Below are positions 13,846 through 27,500 of a DNA stretch of 64,000 nucleotides, piece by piece; the first letter of the stretch is position 1; every line of letters begins with the position of its first letter. The notes beneath the pieces are model-generated. The model did not search any database. It saw only the letters and a program-made list of their open reading frames with translations, and was not told the origin of the DNA. Location of the stretch: NCBI RefSeq assembly GCF_018977255.1, contig NW_024704783.1, forward strand, positions 1 to 64,000, given 5' to 3'. Source of the DNA: Callorhinchus milii (Eukaryota). The translations under genes were made by a program, and so were the position numbers.

Positions 13846-15830
13846 ATGCGTTACATTGTACAGGTTATACTGTGAGATTCGGTGACTGAGGGTGGGGAAA
13901 CGGGTACGAAAGTGTGTACGGGAGGATGGGTAGGAGTCGGAGTGTGGGAGGGAAGGGGTGGGTGGTGGTTGGAAGTTGGAGGGGAAGTGATCGCGCAGCG
14001 GATTCCCTTGATCTTGGATTCAAGGAAATCCAGCATCTCCTCGCAGTGAAGGTTGGAGGAGATGACCAGCGCGGGGTGGCGGGGGGGACGGAGGAGTCGG
14101 GTTGTGGTGGAAAACAGTAGCCTGGGGTTGTTCTTCGCCTCCAGGATTATCCTGGAGTAGAAGGACGACTTGGCCGAGGCTAAAGTGGAGCGGTAAATTT
14201 TGAGGAGGTCCAGCCAGATTTGTCGGTGGACCGTTAGGCCAGATTTGACACAGGTGCGTTCAGCGGCCCGCACCTGGCTTTTCAGTGAGCGGAGGTGGGT
14301 GGTGTACCAGGGGGAGGAGCGGGAGTTAGAGACAGTGCGGGAAGTGATGGGGGCAAGAGTATCGAGTGTGGAGGAGAGGGTATTGTGGAGGAGGGAGAGA
14401 GGAGAAGACGGGTCGGTGAGGGTTGAAGGCCAGAGGGAGAGGAGTTCAGAGGACTCCAACGCATCGGTTAGGGATTGTGGGGGTAACTACTTCCAAGGGC
14501 GGTAGAAGATGTTGTTGTGTCTGGTGGAGGTGGGGAGGGGGGTGGAGGTGGTGAAGGAGAGGAAGTGGTGGTCAGAGATGGCCTTGTCGGTAATAGTGAC
14601 ATCCGAGACACTGAGGCCCCGGGTGATCACCAAATCGAGTGGGTGGCCGTGACTGTGAGTGGGGGAGTTGATGTGTAAGGAGAGGTTGAGTGAGGAGAGC
14701 AGGGAAGAGAAGTCTGTGGAGATGGAGCAGGAGGGGGTGAAGTGTAGGTTAAAGTCGCCCAGGATGATGAGGCGATCGGAGCAGAGGCAAACAGATGTGA
14801 GGATTGTTGAAATGTCAGAGATGAAGGTGGGAGAGGTTTTAGGGGGCCGGTAAAGGAGGAGGATTTTAATGGAGAGGAATGAGGGGTGGGAAAGGGTGAG
14901 GTGCTCAAAGGAGGGGAAAGAGCCACTGGAGTAGGGGGATAGGGCAAGTGGTGTCCTTGAGATAAGGGCAACACCACCGCCACGGCGGTTGGGGTGGGGG
15001 ATGTGGTGGGAGGTGTAGCCGGGTGGCGTGGCCTCCGTGAGGGGGAAGGTGTCGCCTTGGGTGAGCCACTTTTCAGTCAAGGCCATGATATCAACGTTCT
15101 CATCAAGGATGAGATCGTTGATGACCAGGGCCTTGTTGCAGAGGGAGCGGACATTTTGCAGTCCGATGTGGAGGGAGCGGTTGACAGAAGGGAGTGTGGG
15201 GAGGGAGGGGGGTCCAGGTTGTGAGGCAGGAGTGGGGGGAATGGGGATGAGGGAGGAGAGGTTGACTCCCCGGGTCTGTGCCCGGGGTGGATGGCGAGTG
15301 TGGTGGGGAATGGGGCAGTCGGTGTGGCTGCTGCTGGACAGCCAACGCCGAGTGCCACGGTGAGCCCGGCGGAGGAATCCCAGGCTGGAGCAGAGGGAGG
15401 TTGTGGGAGGTTCAAGTGGAGATAGAAGACGAGAGGGACGGAGAGAGAGGAGGAGAGAGCGGGAGAGGTGCAGAGGGGGGAGGGTTTGGGGGGAGAGAGG
15501 AGGGGGTGAGGGGGCTCGGGTCAAAGCGCCAGCCATAGTGCGCACGCGGGGACCGGGAGCGAGCGGTCAGATGGATGGCATTATCCCGTAGATCGGGGCA
15601 GCGAACCCAACAGGACCATAGTGGGGTCTGTTGTGAGCCCCGGGGGGGGGGGTCGCAGAGGGTTTTTTTTTTTTTTTTTGTGCGCGCGCACGTACCTGAA
15701 AACGAATCTATGACGTCGCAGTTCCCCGCTACGTCCCCTCCCCTCCCTCCCCCCCCGGGGCTGAACTCGCTCCGGCGTCGAGTTTAAGTACCTGTGTCAG
15801 TAGGCCCAGGCTCCTCCCCGCGCTGTCGTG
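13846..15830 (-). mobile_element. L2 LINE 5' half: GC-rich 5'UTR, apurinic endonuclease ORF and linker; RT missing
   Basis: ORF 14487..15545 has APE motifs (LQNVRSL.NK, ALTEKWL, RGGGVA, LYRPP, ILGDFN, LDLV, SDH). ORF 13851..14459 continues in the linker. Confidence 0.9.
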
Positions 15831-16229
15831 CCGCCGAATTATGCTGAACTTCGGACAATTGCTTGATTCCCAAATGTCATTGGAAAGCCAGATCAAAAAG
15901 TTGACCTGTTCAGCTTTCTGTCATAAAATGTCCGAGTCCATTATTAACTCTACATCTGAGCCACTAGGCTCGCAACCCATCCCTTTATCTTGTTGGCATT
16001 GAATTCACCACTGTTCTGACAGTGGGTTTCTCCAATTTTACTTTGCATAAAGTTTAGACTATCCAGACCCCTGTAGCCCATGTACTGGAGGCTGGTTTTA
16101 AGAGTTTCCTAAATATAAATTCTTCTGGTTAAGGCGATGATAAATCTCTTCTTTGAGATGTTTCTATGTTCATATGTTCCTATGCCATATAAACCATTTT
16201 CGTAGGCGCCGTACTTTGAATGAGACCTT

Positions 16230-16640
16230 AAACTGAGCTTTCGCCTTCAGTTGGATGTTAAAAAATCAATTGACACTATTCAAAATGTGCAAGGTGCTTC
16301 TCTGGGTGTCCTGGCCAACAACTCCCCATGTACAATAATTACTCACTTCATGATTTTCTCGGACATTGCTGTGCGCAAACTGTTGTGTTTCGAATCTACA
16401 GAAACATCATTTCAGTGATCAAACAGTAAATCTATGGAACAGGTTCCCGAGGGAGACGGTTGAAGCACTCAGTGTTGATTTGTTCAAAAACAGACTGGAA
16501 AGTTTGTTTTATAATGTAACATTTGGGAATCAAATACTTAGGTAGTTCTGGGCATATGTGCTTGCGAACGCCAGGAATGTGGAAGGCGAACTAAATGGAC
16601 CTCGATCACTTTCATCGAATATTTCTTATGTTCTTATATT
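16230..16640 (+). mobile_element. Deu-domain-containing repeat, copy 2
   Basis: ttcagttggatgttaaaaaatcaattgacactattc...gggtgtcctggccaac...ggacattgctgtgcgcaaa, followed by the blocks shared with 13446-13845. Confidence 0.6.
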
Positions 16641-17394
16641 TTAATCACAAATACACAGAAATTCCAATTTGCAGTTTACACTCTGAGTTCATGTGACGTT
16701 GAACACTTATTATATCGCATCACTTCTTCAGACTTTTGTGGTTGAAAGTAACGTTACAGAGCTATTTTTGATTCCTACGGTTTCCAGCGTCGCTTTTCTC
16801 ACCTTTGAATGTTTTATTCACTGTCTGTAGATTTATAGATTACAGATTTATAGATTATCACAAAAAAGGCAAGGCAACAATTCTCAGCATGTCTGCCGTT
16901 AAATCTGATAAATTTATGATTTACAACATTCAATTGGGACTTCATTGAGTGGAACAAAACTGCAACAACTTGCATTGATATTGCGCTTAACAGAGCGCTC
17001 CAACATAGCCATAGATGCTTATACCCATTGCACGGCGCCTATAACTGATTATACAATTGCAAACCACAGAGCGCATTTTCAAGTCAAAATATTAAACATT
17101 TTAATGTTCATTATAATGTCTCGTGACTCTACGTTTGCCGACGAACATGGACAAAGTCATGGTAAGCTACATTATCGCCTGCCCTTTGCCTGATGAAATC
17201 AAGCATACCTCAATCCAGGACAAATTTTAAACTGGTATCTTTGGAAGGTTGGAATATCAGGCAATATTTCAACACAAACCCGCTTTGTATTACAAGTGGC
17301 AATGTTTTCCTTAAGCAACATGTTGAATTCAATCTTTCAACGTAAAGAGGGAAGACTGCTCCCATTTAAGCGAGGCTGACACTCAGACGTAGTC

Positions 17395-17775
17395 AGATAA
17401 ACATCCAGACCTGAGCCAGGCTAACACACAGAGCAGAGCCAGGGTGTCTACCAGAATTGAACCAGGCGGGTACCGAAAGCTGAGCCAAGCTGACACCGGA
17501 ACTCAGCTCGGTTGATACACAGGGAGAGACCCAAGCTGAATTAAAGTGAATGAGTCCGGCTGACACCCAGACCTGAGTCAGAAGGTCAACCCAACTTAAG
17601 CTAGGCTAACTCCACGGTGTGAATCCTGACTGACACTAAACCCTGACCGAAGCTGTTATCCAGATCTGAGCCAGCCTAACACCTATACCTGAGTGAAGCT
17701 TAGTCATGAGACAGGCTAACATCCAGAATTGTGCTAGGTTAACATCGAGTCACTGAGCCAGGCTGACATCTAGAA
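17395..17775. repeat. Degenerate ~22-23-bp minisatellite (consensus ~ccagacctgagccaggctaacac)
   Basis: Recurrent (c)tgagccaggct(a/g)acac units at about 22-23-nt spacing. Confidence 0.65.
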
Positions 17776-19699
17776 CGGAAAGGAATACTTACCTTTATAG
17801 AGTAACATTCCAGTGAAAGTATCAAGGAATTTCAAAAATCAAAAGAGGCATGGGTCGTACTTCAGAACAGAACAGAATCAACAGGAACCCGATTTACTAT
17901 TAAAAAGAGAATTTGTCATTGCGACATTCATGCTTCTCTGTCCTTTCTGTGTTTGTAGCCGACGTGTTTGTAAGCTGTTATGGTTTCTATTTTCTATTCA
18001 TTTATTATTTATTATTCATTTTTATTTTTGACTAGCACAAAACATCTCAATGAGCTTCACATTGATGGGGTTGAACCCTGAGCATCGGGGAAATGAAGGG
18101 GACCATACGCATTGTCGAAGGGGTAAGTTTTCAGATGGGAATTAAATATTGCTAGAGACGGGAAAAAGTGGCGAATACAGACATTGAGATCCAGAGATTG
18201 ATAATGAATGAAGACTTGGTCATTGATGATGTTAGAGAGTGTGCCGGTGACGGACAACAGGACCGGGTTTATCTGAGGCGACGTAATTGGCACCGATGTA
18301 CAATATTGGCTGATTAGAGAGAGAGCGAGTTCCTACAGTGTGAAAGAATATAGATGTGAGGGTAAGCATTTTGATGTCAATTCGTTCTCAGTCATGCCCC
18401 CAATGGAACCCGGAAAGGGTGATTTATGTGTGGGTGAATTTTATTAGAAGTGAAGATATGGCCGGTGGGATTTTTAAAATTAAATAGACCGTGTGGAACG
18501 TGAAACTGACTGAGAGCACTACGAATGAGTGTGCAAGTGGTTTCAAGGAATGAAGTGATTTTCATTGGTTAAGATTTTCGAGTAAATTTGGTGAGAATTA
18601 GGGTACAAGCAAACAGCAACAGACTACATGTGTAAAGCGCCTTTGATGCTGGGAGAACGACACAAGTTGTGGAAAGTCAGAGATTGGAAACCGAGGAGGC
18701 GGTAGCGAACTGGAGGGCTGCAGGGCACAGAGGGTGGCCGAATATGCTGCCGAAGAGAAATGTCTCTAGATGTGCTTTGAAGGAGGCCCGGGAGGCAGAA
18801 TGATGAAGGGACTTTCATGGCAGAGGTGAATCGGCCGAATATCAGCAAATCGATGCCTTCTGTTTGTCTCATGTCAGCGCCTCCATACATCGAGTCCTGA
18901 TAGCATCACCCTTCTTGGATTTACTCGTTCTACAATTCTTGTGGCCGATATGGAACCGCGTAGACCCGCTTGACCCTCAAACGTGCTTCATCACCCACAT
19001 CCGCGCCATGACCCGATCCTGCTTTCCACCCCTCCGCAAAGTTGCACCGCTACACCACTATCTCGCAGCGAGACCCCCGAGACCCTCATCAACGTGTTCA
19101 GTACATCCAGGCTGAACTGTACAAATTCCCTCCGTCCTCAAAATTCTGCAGAACATTCAGAACTCTGCATCCAGTCGATCTCCCGCACCAGGCTCCATAC
19201 CTTGAGTCCTGAAACCATCTCCCTTTTTGGATGCACTCACTCTACGCATCACGAGGCCCATATGGAACCTCGTAGTCCTGTTCGCCTCTCAACCGTACTT
19301 CATCCGTGCCATGACACGATCCTCCTTTACCTTGCGTTCCACGTAGCGACATATCACGTCTTGGAGACGTCTGAAAGCGCTTAACATAATATACTGTAAA
19401 GTGGATTGACTCTATATTTTGTGGGCGAAACTCAGCAGCCAATTGCACACAGCCGTGTCCAGCAAATACCTGTGGATTGAGTGACCGATATATTATTATT
19501 ATTTTTTGGTAAGAATTGTTTTCCCAAGAAAAGAAACACCCCAATCGACAAAGAGGTGAAGCGGGATCCAATTTACTCTTAGGTAAGCAGAGGCGTGTGG
19601 CGCAGGAAAACTTGCAAATGTTTCACCTTGCCGAAATCTAACTTGTTTCTCTCGCCTGTGAGACGTGTGCTCAAATCAATGATTCACGTGATTCCACGA

Positions 19700-20722
19700 A
19701 GAGACTGCTGGAAATTGGAAACGGTTAAAAAATGGCATCATCGCAGATTTAAGTTTAGGAAATGGCGATAAATATGGTGAGAGAATGTCGAAGTTGATGC
19801 AATGCTACAGGAGACTTAAGGGCGTGATACCAAGAATCTGGGTATTGGAGGAAATAACATTGTTGAATGAAAAATTATGATTTATATCCTGACTCATGGT
19901 CAACAGACACAAACCTATTGGCCTTCTATTGGCTCGATTCCACATCATCCGGGAGGTAAGGACAGCCTGAGGCTCCTCTTCGCCAGAACCAACCATCTCC
20001 ATCACCCAAGGTCCGTTGACTTATACACCGTCTCATCCAATTACAAATGCAAAACTGTGATTGATATTCTCGTGTCCAACATGCAGATAATCCAGTCTGT
20101 TGCCAGCAATATCCCCTTCCCCTCACAGTCTGCACCGAATTCTGCTTATTTACCTTCAGCCCGCCTCTCCGTATCTCTCTAGTTACTAGTCTCTCAAATG
20201 AAACTCGGCATGTGCTCTATCAACATCATTTTATCTCCTGGATTATACTCCTTCCGCGCACCAAATTCAGCTCCACGTTTACCCCAGTCCTTGCCACATT
20301 GCACTGGCTCACTGCCCAGAGCTGATCGATTTAAAGATCCTCACCACTCTCATCAAATTCCTCCCCTCCTCTGCGCACACCTGCCACTCTGACCTCGTCT
20401 CTCCTCAAAACTGTGCCCGTTGCATTCTTTCCTCCGGGTCTCGCCTCCTCCTGGTCGGCAGAGTCCTCCGTTCCACCTTCGGCGGCCGTGCCTTCAGCAA
20501 CTTTGCTGCGAGAATCTACAAGTCTCTTCCTGACTCCCTTAGCCTCGCCCCCTCTCTTCCTATTTTCAGGTCTCTGCTGAAGAATTTTATTTTCGACGGC
20601 GCTTTTGGTCACCTTCCTACCCCGTCCCGTAGCTTGGCCCCGGGATCCGTTAGAGTGAAAGGCTCTCAGATGCCGACCGCCTTGGAGAGCGCGATGTAAA
20701 TCCAAGTTGTTGTTGTTGTTGT
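19700..20722 (+). mobile_element. Decayed L2 LINE RT and 3' end
   Basis: Remnant RT-like text and LHCHWLTA..IDLKILTT; ends cgccttggagagcgcgatgtaaatccaagttgttgttgttgtt. Confidence 0.6.
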
Positions 20723-20877
20723 TAGCAACATTGTAATTCTCAATCCTTCCATTGGTGCACTGTGCACTTGCTTCAAAAGCGCTGCCTTCACTCCCTCCCT
20801 AAAGAAAATATATCCTCAATTGACTTATCGATGTTCCCAAATTAATATTCCCTCTAAACCCTGTCATTCTTTCAAAG

Positions 20878-21160
20878 TGCAATCCTGTTGCTCAGTGGTT
20901 TGAGCACGTGCCTCACAAGCGAGAGACCAGTGTTCGATTCCCGGTAGAGCGAAACGTTTAGCCGCTTTGCTTACTCTCCACGCCTCTGTTTATCTTCTAA
21001 TAATACGGAAACCAGTTGGTAGTCGATCAGCGAATTTTTTTNCTGGGGCTGATAAGTCTTTCACAAGAAAAACATTATATTAATACTAATTTGGTCGCTC
21101 ATTCCACGGATGTTTGTGGAACACTGCTGTGTACAAAATGTTAACAATAAAATGTTGTGG
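20878..21160 (+). mobile_element. tRNA-headed SINE (contains an assembly N at 21042)
   Basis: Head gctcagtggtttgagcacgtgcctcacaagcgagagaccagtgttcgattcccgg. Confidence 0.65.
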
Positions 21161-22932
21161 CTAACTCAGTTTATTCAAATATAAGACAACAATTATACGT
21201 AAAACATATACTCCCCGGTTCTGGAGCAGTCAGCGTGCTTTGACCCTTCACCTCTGCCTGCCTCGTTCTCTTCCGATTCTGCTGCTTTATGTCAACAACC
21301 TTTCAGCTTTATAACTTTTTGGCCATCCAATCTGTTGTGAGGCACGTAGGCCTTTCGCTACTGGGCAAAGAGTCAAGTTCGGTGTTACGTCTGTTTATCC
21401 CAAGAACCAGACATTTTGACTAAAAACAGATTGTATCATCCCAAGCCCAATGGTTTCTTACTGCAAAATGTCATGTTGACCATTTCTTCCTAACCAGAAA
21501 AAGCAGCTTATGTTATTGACAGATGTTGAGTGATGGTTCGAGTACAAAATGGTGTTATCCGCCACTTTGATTCATATCAACAAGAATAGCAGCTTAACAT
21601 TTCAATTTCATATAAACAAGAAAACAATAGCCTCTCTTTTGTTCTCTCTCTTCCATTGTGCTTCTGGCAATTTTTACAAGACGGACACGATAAGACAATG
21701 ACATGCGGCGGTGTAAGTATGAGGCTAGCGACTATATAAATTACGAGCCGAATGTTGAGTCGAACCTGGGATAACGAGTGTACAGGTCGGAAAATGGCTT
21801 ATTCTGATTGGTTGCCTTACAGTGTAGTGGAACGTCTCTAAGTCTGCAAAGTACATGCTCTACACACATGTTTTTTGTTTCTTGTCCAGCACTCCATTGC
21901 TGGAGGTTTGCCAATGATAATCGAGTGAAGGTGCCATCCAGATTTGATAAATTGATTCACAATCCAAATTAATGACAATTACACGATGCAACTGAATTCA
22001 TTCGTAGAATCAATGCTGGAATTTTACAAGTTATTTCCAGATCATGAGATTGGCTTTACGTTTGTAGTACGTTTACGTGCTGATCCAGGCTGGTAATAGT
22101 CAGCGATTATACATAATGATTATATATCAAAATTAATAATATATTTATGACATCGTCAATAACAAGTTCTCATTACAGAATAGTATCTCTTTTTTGGCAT
22201 TTATGATCTTATTAAAAGCTGTATAGAAATGTTGTCTTCAGACAATTAGTCTGGGATATTTCACGTGCAGGGCAGATATGAGTACGGCTTCCAAAATTAA
22301 ACTGCATTGCTCAAATTTGATGAGGAAACAATCACCCACTGTGAACAATGAAACTCAAATGAAACGAGAAACTGTGGGGAAAACGGATTTAATGGTGATC
22401 ACTGCACTGCTACACAACAATTACAGCATTGCTTGAACATTTTCTCAGGGAAGTCAATCTTCTCCTCGAATGGTAAGATCGAACTAAGTTATGATTTTCC
22501 TTTACAATTTAAAACGGAGCAGACTTCAACAGCTAAATTACATTGAGAATGCATCCTGTGCAATAACGTTTCCCAATATCATCTCAACTCTCCAACCATA
22601 TAAAACTACATCTTGTGAATATGACCTTTCTCTTCCAGTGTCAAATGAATTGGTAGATTTGGAATATAAGGAGTGAAATGTCATGTGATGATTGTGCTGC
22701 GGCAACGTTTTACAATCAATCAGTATAAATAATCAAATTTTCTTCACCAACTGAAGCAACAGAGCAAACGGATATTGAAGAATCTTCTTCATTTCCTTTC
22801 TAAACTTGCCATGAGGTACCGCATAGATGCAATTGTTTGTACTGGAGTTCAAAAGCTGATGCATGAATCCAGTCTGTTGGATTGTATTACGAATGCTACT
22901 TTCTTTATTTTGATAGTTCTAGTTTGCCACCG

Positions 22933-22995
22933 ACCAACCACTGCAAGAAACGGGTAGTAAAATGCTTCTATTTCATATAATTTTGAAGATGACAT
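22933..22995 (-). pseudogene. Orphan GPCR first exon (MSSSKLYEIEAFYYPFLAVVG)
   Basis: Clearly paralogous to the exon-1 sequences at 12604-12673 and 30091-30160. It lacks the terminal xP codons and a normal donor, and no partner exon 2 was found. Confidence 0.6.
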
Positions 22996-23214
22996 GGCAA
23001 GATATGAGGAGCAGCGTTGTTGCCGAATACAGCGTCTCCAACTAACAGTTTGAAATAACGCATTGAGAGGCAATATTATTCATTCTAATGGGAAACCTCT
23101 GGGGAACCTTTATCATGTGTAATGTCAGTCACCGTCCCTGGATAGCAAGTCAAGGAATCCTCATCTCTTTGACACATGAATATCGAGCCAAGTAATCTTC
23201 ACTTCTATTTCACG

Positions 23215-23530
23215 GGGAGACCTGCAGCACAGAGGCTAAAGTGCTCGCCTCCCAAGTGAGAGATGTGGTTTGATTCCTGCCAGGGCAAAACCTTGCGCAA
23301 GTTTCCCTACTTCCAACCCATGATAATAATCCCTCAAGAATATAAAATCAATAAACTGGTCACTTAAACCCATGTCCGTTTGCGGGCACTGCTGTGCTTA
23401 ATTAGTTGCTGCAGCTCACCCATAATTATACAGTTAATACACTGTTCAGTTTATTCTGCGAAGCTGTGACTTCCAGAAGACACAAAAAGCGCTATTTCAA
23501 ATGCATGGATTCGGATTTTAATTATTATTT
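23215..23530 (+). mobile_element. tRNA-headed Deu SINE
   Basis: Head, cactgctgtgcttaattagttgctgc core, tail agacacaaaaagcgctatttcaaatgc. Confidence 0.65.
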
Positions 23531-24567
23531 CACACAGATTATTGGAGAAATATTCACTTTGAATGCTAAGCGTCAATACGCTTTAATCACTATAATCCAT
23601 TGAGATATTCTGCGTCTTGCTAAAATCGTTTCGTGAAATAAATCATGTCTGACTCACTTTGTTTTTGATGTTGGTTCGCTAGAATGCAACTCAATAGCAA
23701 ACATGAATCTAAGATACTTAGCAATGAAGCGAAGCGGAGACTTGAAGCTTTTCATTTTATTATTGGATGTTTATCGTTGAACATCCAATGGAGTGCAACA
23801 AGCAAGAATAGATCCATGGTGTCTTTCAAAATAAAATTATTAATCTTTAAATTTGATACAGCGGAAGTCGTGTCGGGAGGGAATCTAAAATCGTTGGACA
23901 GCATATGTTGTAAAGGTACTCGGCGTCACAAGCATCCCAGCTCAATATGGCAATCTCTCTCTCACAGTATGTCCTTTGTACCCGATTCCCGAGAGCTGTT
24001 GGTACAGGTTCGCAGGAGTGCTATGGACACTGATTTTAAAATCTGAAATTCCAAAGCTTGCCATTGAAAGCACTGTTTGGCAAGCTTTCGTGCTGATTAC
24101 AGACGTACCTCTGCGTTATTGTTTTGACTTAGAGGGTTAAATGAAGCTCAGTGTGAAAATCAATGACCCTATGACGAGACTGCCCTTCGAATTCCTGTCG
24201 ATGAGTCAGATTTGCTGACCTGTTATCGGCAGTGCCTGGAGTCGTGGGTACACGTGGCCATCACGGACGGTTGTCTAGATTCTGCAAGCTCGACACCCTG
24301 GAGCCATTTCTGCTCTTAGTGTCCCCGCTCGTTTACTCTCCCAAGGATGATGCACACTATTAAAACGCATGACGTCCGACAGAGCGGGTTTTGAACAGTC
24401 ACTGGATGGATGGCCATAAACACCGGGAGGAAAAACAAAGTGAACACAAAGCGGCTGCGTCAAGTCAACATTATTTTTCCTGACGCTCAGCTTTTAGTTC
24501 AATTGGATACAGCAGTTGTAACCGTTTGATTGATACTTTGAATCAACAATCATTTTAATTTCCGATA

Positions 24568-27500
24568 AACAACAACAACAACAAGATTCCATTTATAAAG
24601 CGCCTTTCACGTCAGGAGGACGTCCCAAGGCGCTGCACAGTTGGGTCATGACGCGAGCAGGGGGAAATGGTCAGGGTGAGGGGAGATAAGGGAGGGAGCG
24701 AGGAGGGGGGAAATGGTCAGGGTGAGGGGAGGGAAGGGAGGGAGCGAGGAGGGGGGAAATGGTCAGGGTGAGGGGAGGGAAGGGAGGGAGCGAGGAGGGA
24801 GAAGAGAGTCGAGAGGGGAGCTGAAGGCACGGTCAAAGAGAAAGGTTTTGAGACCGGCCTTGAAGGAGGAAAGGGAGGAAGCGGCGAAGCCACTGGAGGA
24901 TGGAGTTCCAGAGCCTGGGACCTAAGGCTGAAGGCCCGACCACCGAAGGAAGGGCGGTTGGGGCGGGGGACGTGGAGTAGACCGGAGCCAGAGGAACGGA
25001 GGGTAAGGGCAAGTAGGTAGGGGGATAGTAGGTTGAAGAGGTAGGAGGGGGCAAGGCCGTGAATGGCCTTGTAGGTGAGGATGAGGATCTTGAAATCAAT
25101 CCTCTGGGGGATGTGGAGCCAGTGGAGGCGAGCGAGGGTGGGAGTGATGTGGGCGCGGTGTCTGGTGCGGGACAGTACACGAGTTGCAGAGTTCTGAATG
25201 ACCTGCAGCTTGTGGAGGGAGGTGCCGGGAAGGCCGGCGAGGAGAGAGTTCCCATAGTCCAGCCTTGAGGTGACAAAGGCGTGGACCAGGGTTTCAGCAG
25301 CGTGAGGGGTGAGGTAATGCCGTAGTCTGGCGATGTTCCGGAGGTGATGGAAGGCGGTGCCAGTTGTGGTGCGGATGTGCGGGAGAAAGGACAGCTCAGG
25401 GTCGAACAAAACGCCGAGGTTCCTGACCGGCTTTGAGAGGTGGAGAGTGCAGCCTTGGATGCTAATGGTTTCGGCGCCTGAGGTGCGGAGGCGATGACCT
25501 GAGCCAATCAGGAGTGCCTCGGTTTTTCGCACGTTGAGATGAAGAAAGTTGTCTCTCGTCCAGGACTCGATATCGGACAGACAGCTGTCAGGACATCAGT
25601 GGTCGTGGAGTTGAGAGTAGAGGAGGAAAGGTAGAGTTGTGTGTCATGCGCATACATGTGGAAATTAACTCCATGTCTGAGGATGATGTCACCAAGGGGG
25701 AGCATATAGAGGGTGAAGAGGAGGGGACCAAGGACAGAGCCCTGAGGGACACCACATGAGACAGTACGGGGGGTGGAGAAGAAGCCATTCGTCGAGACAA
25801 AGTGAAGACGGTGAGAAAGGTACGACCTAAACCATTCAAGGACAGTGCCTTGAAGGTTGAGGTGGGAGGACAAGCGGTGGAGGAGGATAGCGTGGTCGAC
25901 CGTATCGAATGCTGCCGATAGGTCGAGTAGGACGAGGAGGCAGAGGGAGCCCTTGTCACAGATGGTCAGGATATCATTGGAGACCTTGACACGGGCAGTT
26001 TCTGTGCTATGGGCAACACGGAAACCTGACTGAAGGGGTTCGACAAGTGAATGGATGGAAAGGAAAGAGCGCATTTGGGAGGCGACAACTCTTTCCAGGA
26101 CCTTGGAGAGAAAGGGGAGGTTGAAGATGGGCCGGTACAACAACAACAACAACAAGATTCCATTTATAAAGCGCCGTTCACGTCAGGAGGACGTCCCAAG
26201 GCGCTGCACAGTTGGGTCATGACCCGAGCAGGGGGGAAATGGTCAGGGTGAGGAAAGGGAGGGAGCAAGGAGGGGGGAAATGGTCAGGGTGAGGGGAGGG
26301 AAGGGAGGGAGCGAGGAGGGGGAAGAGAGTCGAGAGGGGAGCTGAAGGCACGGTCAAAGAGAAAGGTTTTGAGACCGGCCTTGAAGGAGGAAAGGGAGGA
26401 AGCGGCGAAGCCACTGGAGGATGGAGTTCCAGAGCCTGGGACCTAAGGCTGAAGGCCCGACCACCGAAGGAAGGGCGGTTGGGGCGGGGGACGTGGAGTA
26501 GACCGGAGCCAGAGGAACGGAGGGTAAGGGCAAGTAGGTAGGGGGATAGTAGGTTGAAGAGGTAGGAGGGGGCAAGGCCGTGAATGGCCTTGTAGGTGAG
26601 GATGAGGATCTTGAAATCAATCCTCTGGGGGATGTGGAGCCAGTGGAGGCGAGCGAGGGTGGGAGTGATGTGGGCGCGGTGTCTGGTGCGGGACAGTACA
26701 CGAGTTGCAGAGTTCTGAATGACCTGCAGCTTGTGGAGGGAGGTGCCGGGAAGGCCGGCGAGGAGAGAGTTCCCATAGTCCAGCCTTGAGGTGACAAAGG
26801 CGTGGACCAGGGTTTCAGCAGCGTGAGGGGTGAGGTAATGCCGTAGTCTGGCGATGTTCCGGAGGTGATGGAAGGCGGTGCCAGTTGTGGTGCGGATGTG
26901 CGGGAGAAAGGACAGCTCAGGGTCGAACAAAACGCCGAGGTTCCTGACCGGCTTTGAGAGGTGGAGAGTGCAGCCTTGGATGCTAATGGTTTCGGCGCCT
27001 GAGGTGCGGAGGCGATGACCTGAGCCAATCAGGAGTGCCTCGGTTTTTCGCACGTTGAGATGAAGAAAGTTGTCTCTCGTCCAGGACTCGATATCGGACA
27101 GACAGCTGTCAGGACATCAGTGGTCGTGGAGTTGAGAGTAGAGGAGGAAAGGTAGAGTTGTGTGTCATGCGCATACATGTGGAAATTAACTCCATGTCTG
27201 AGGATGATGTCACCAAGGGGGAGCATATAGAGGGTGAAGAGGAGGGGACCAAGGACAGAGCCCTGAGGGACACCACATGAGACAGTACGGGGGGTGGAGA
27301 AGAAGCCATTCGTCGAGACAAAGTGAAGACGGTGAGAAAGGTACGACCTAAACCATTCAAGGACAGTGCCTTGAAGGTTGAGGTGGGAGGACAAGCGGTG
27401 GAGGAGGATAGCGTGGTCGACCGTATCGAATGCTGCCGATAGGTCGAGTAGGACGAGGAGGCAGAGGGAGCCCTTGTCACAGATGGTCAGGATATCATTG

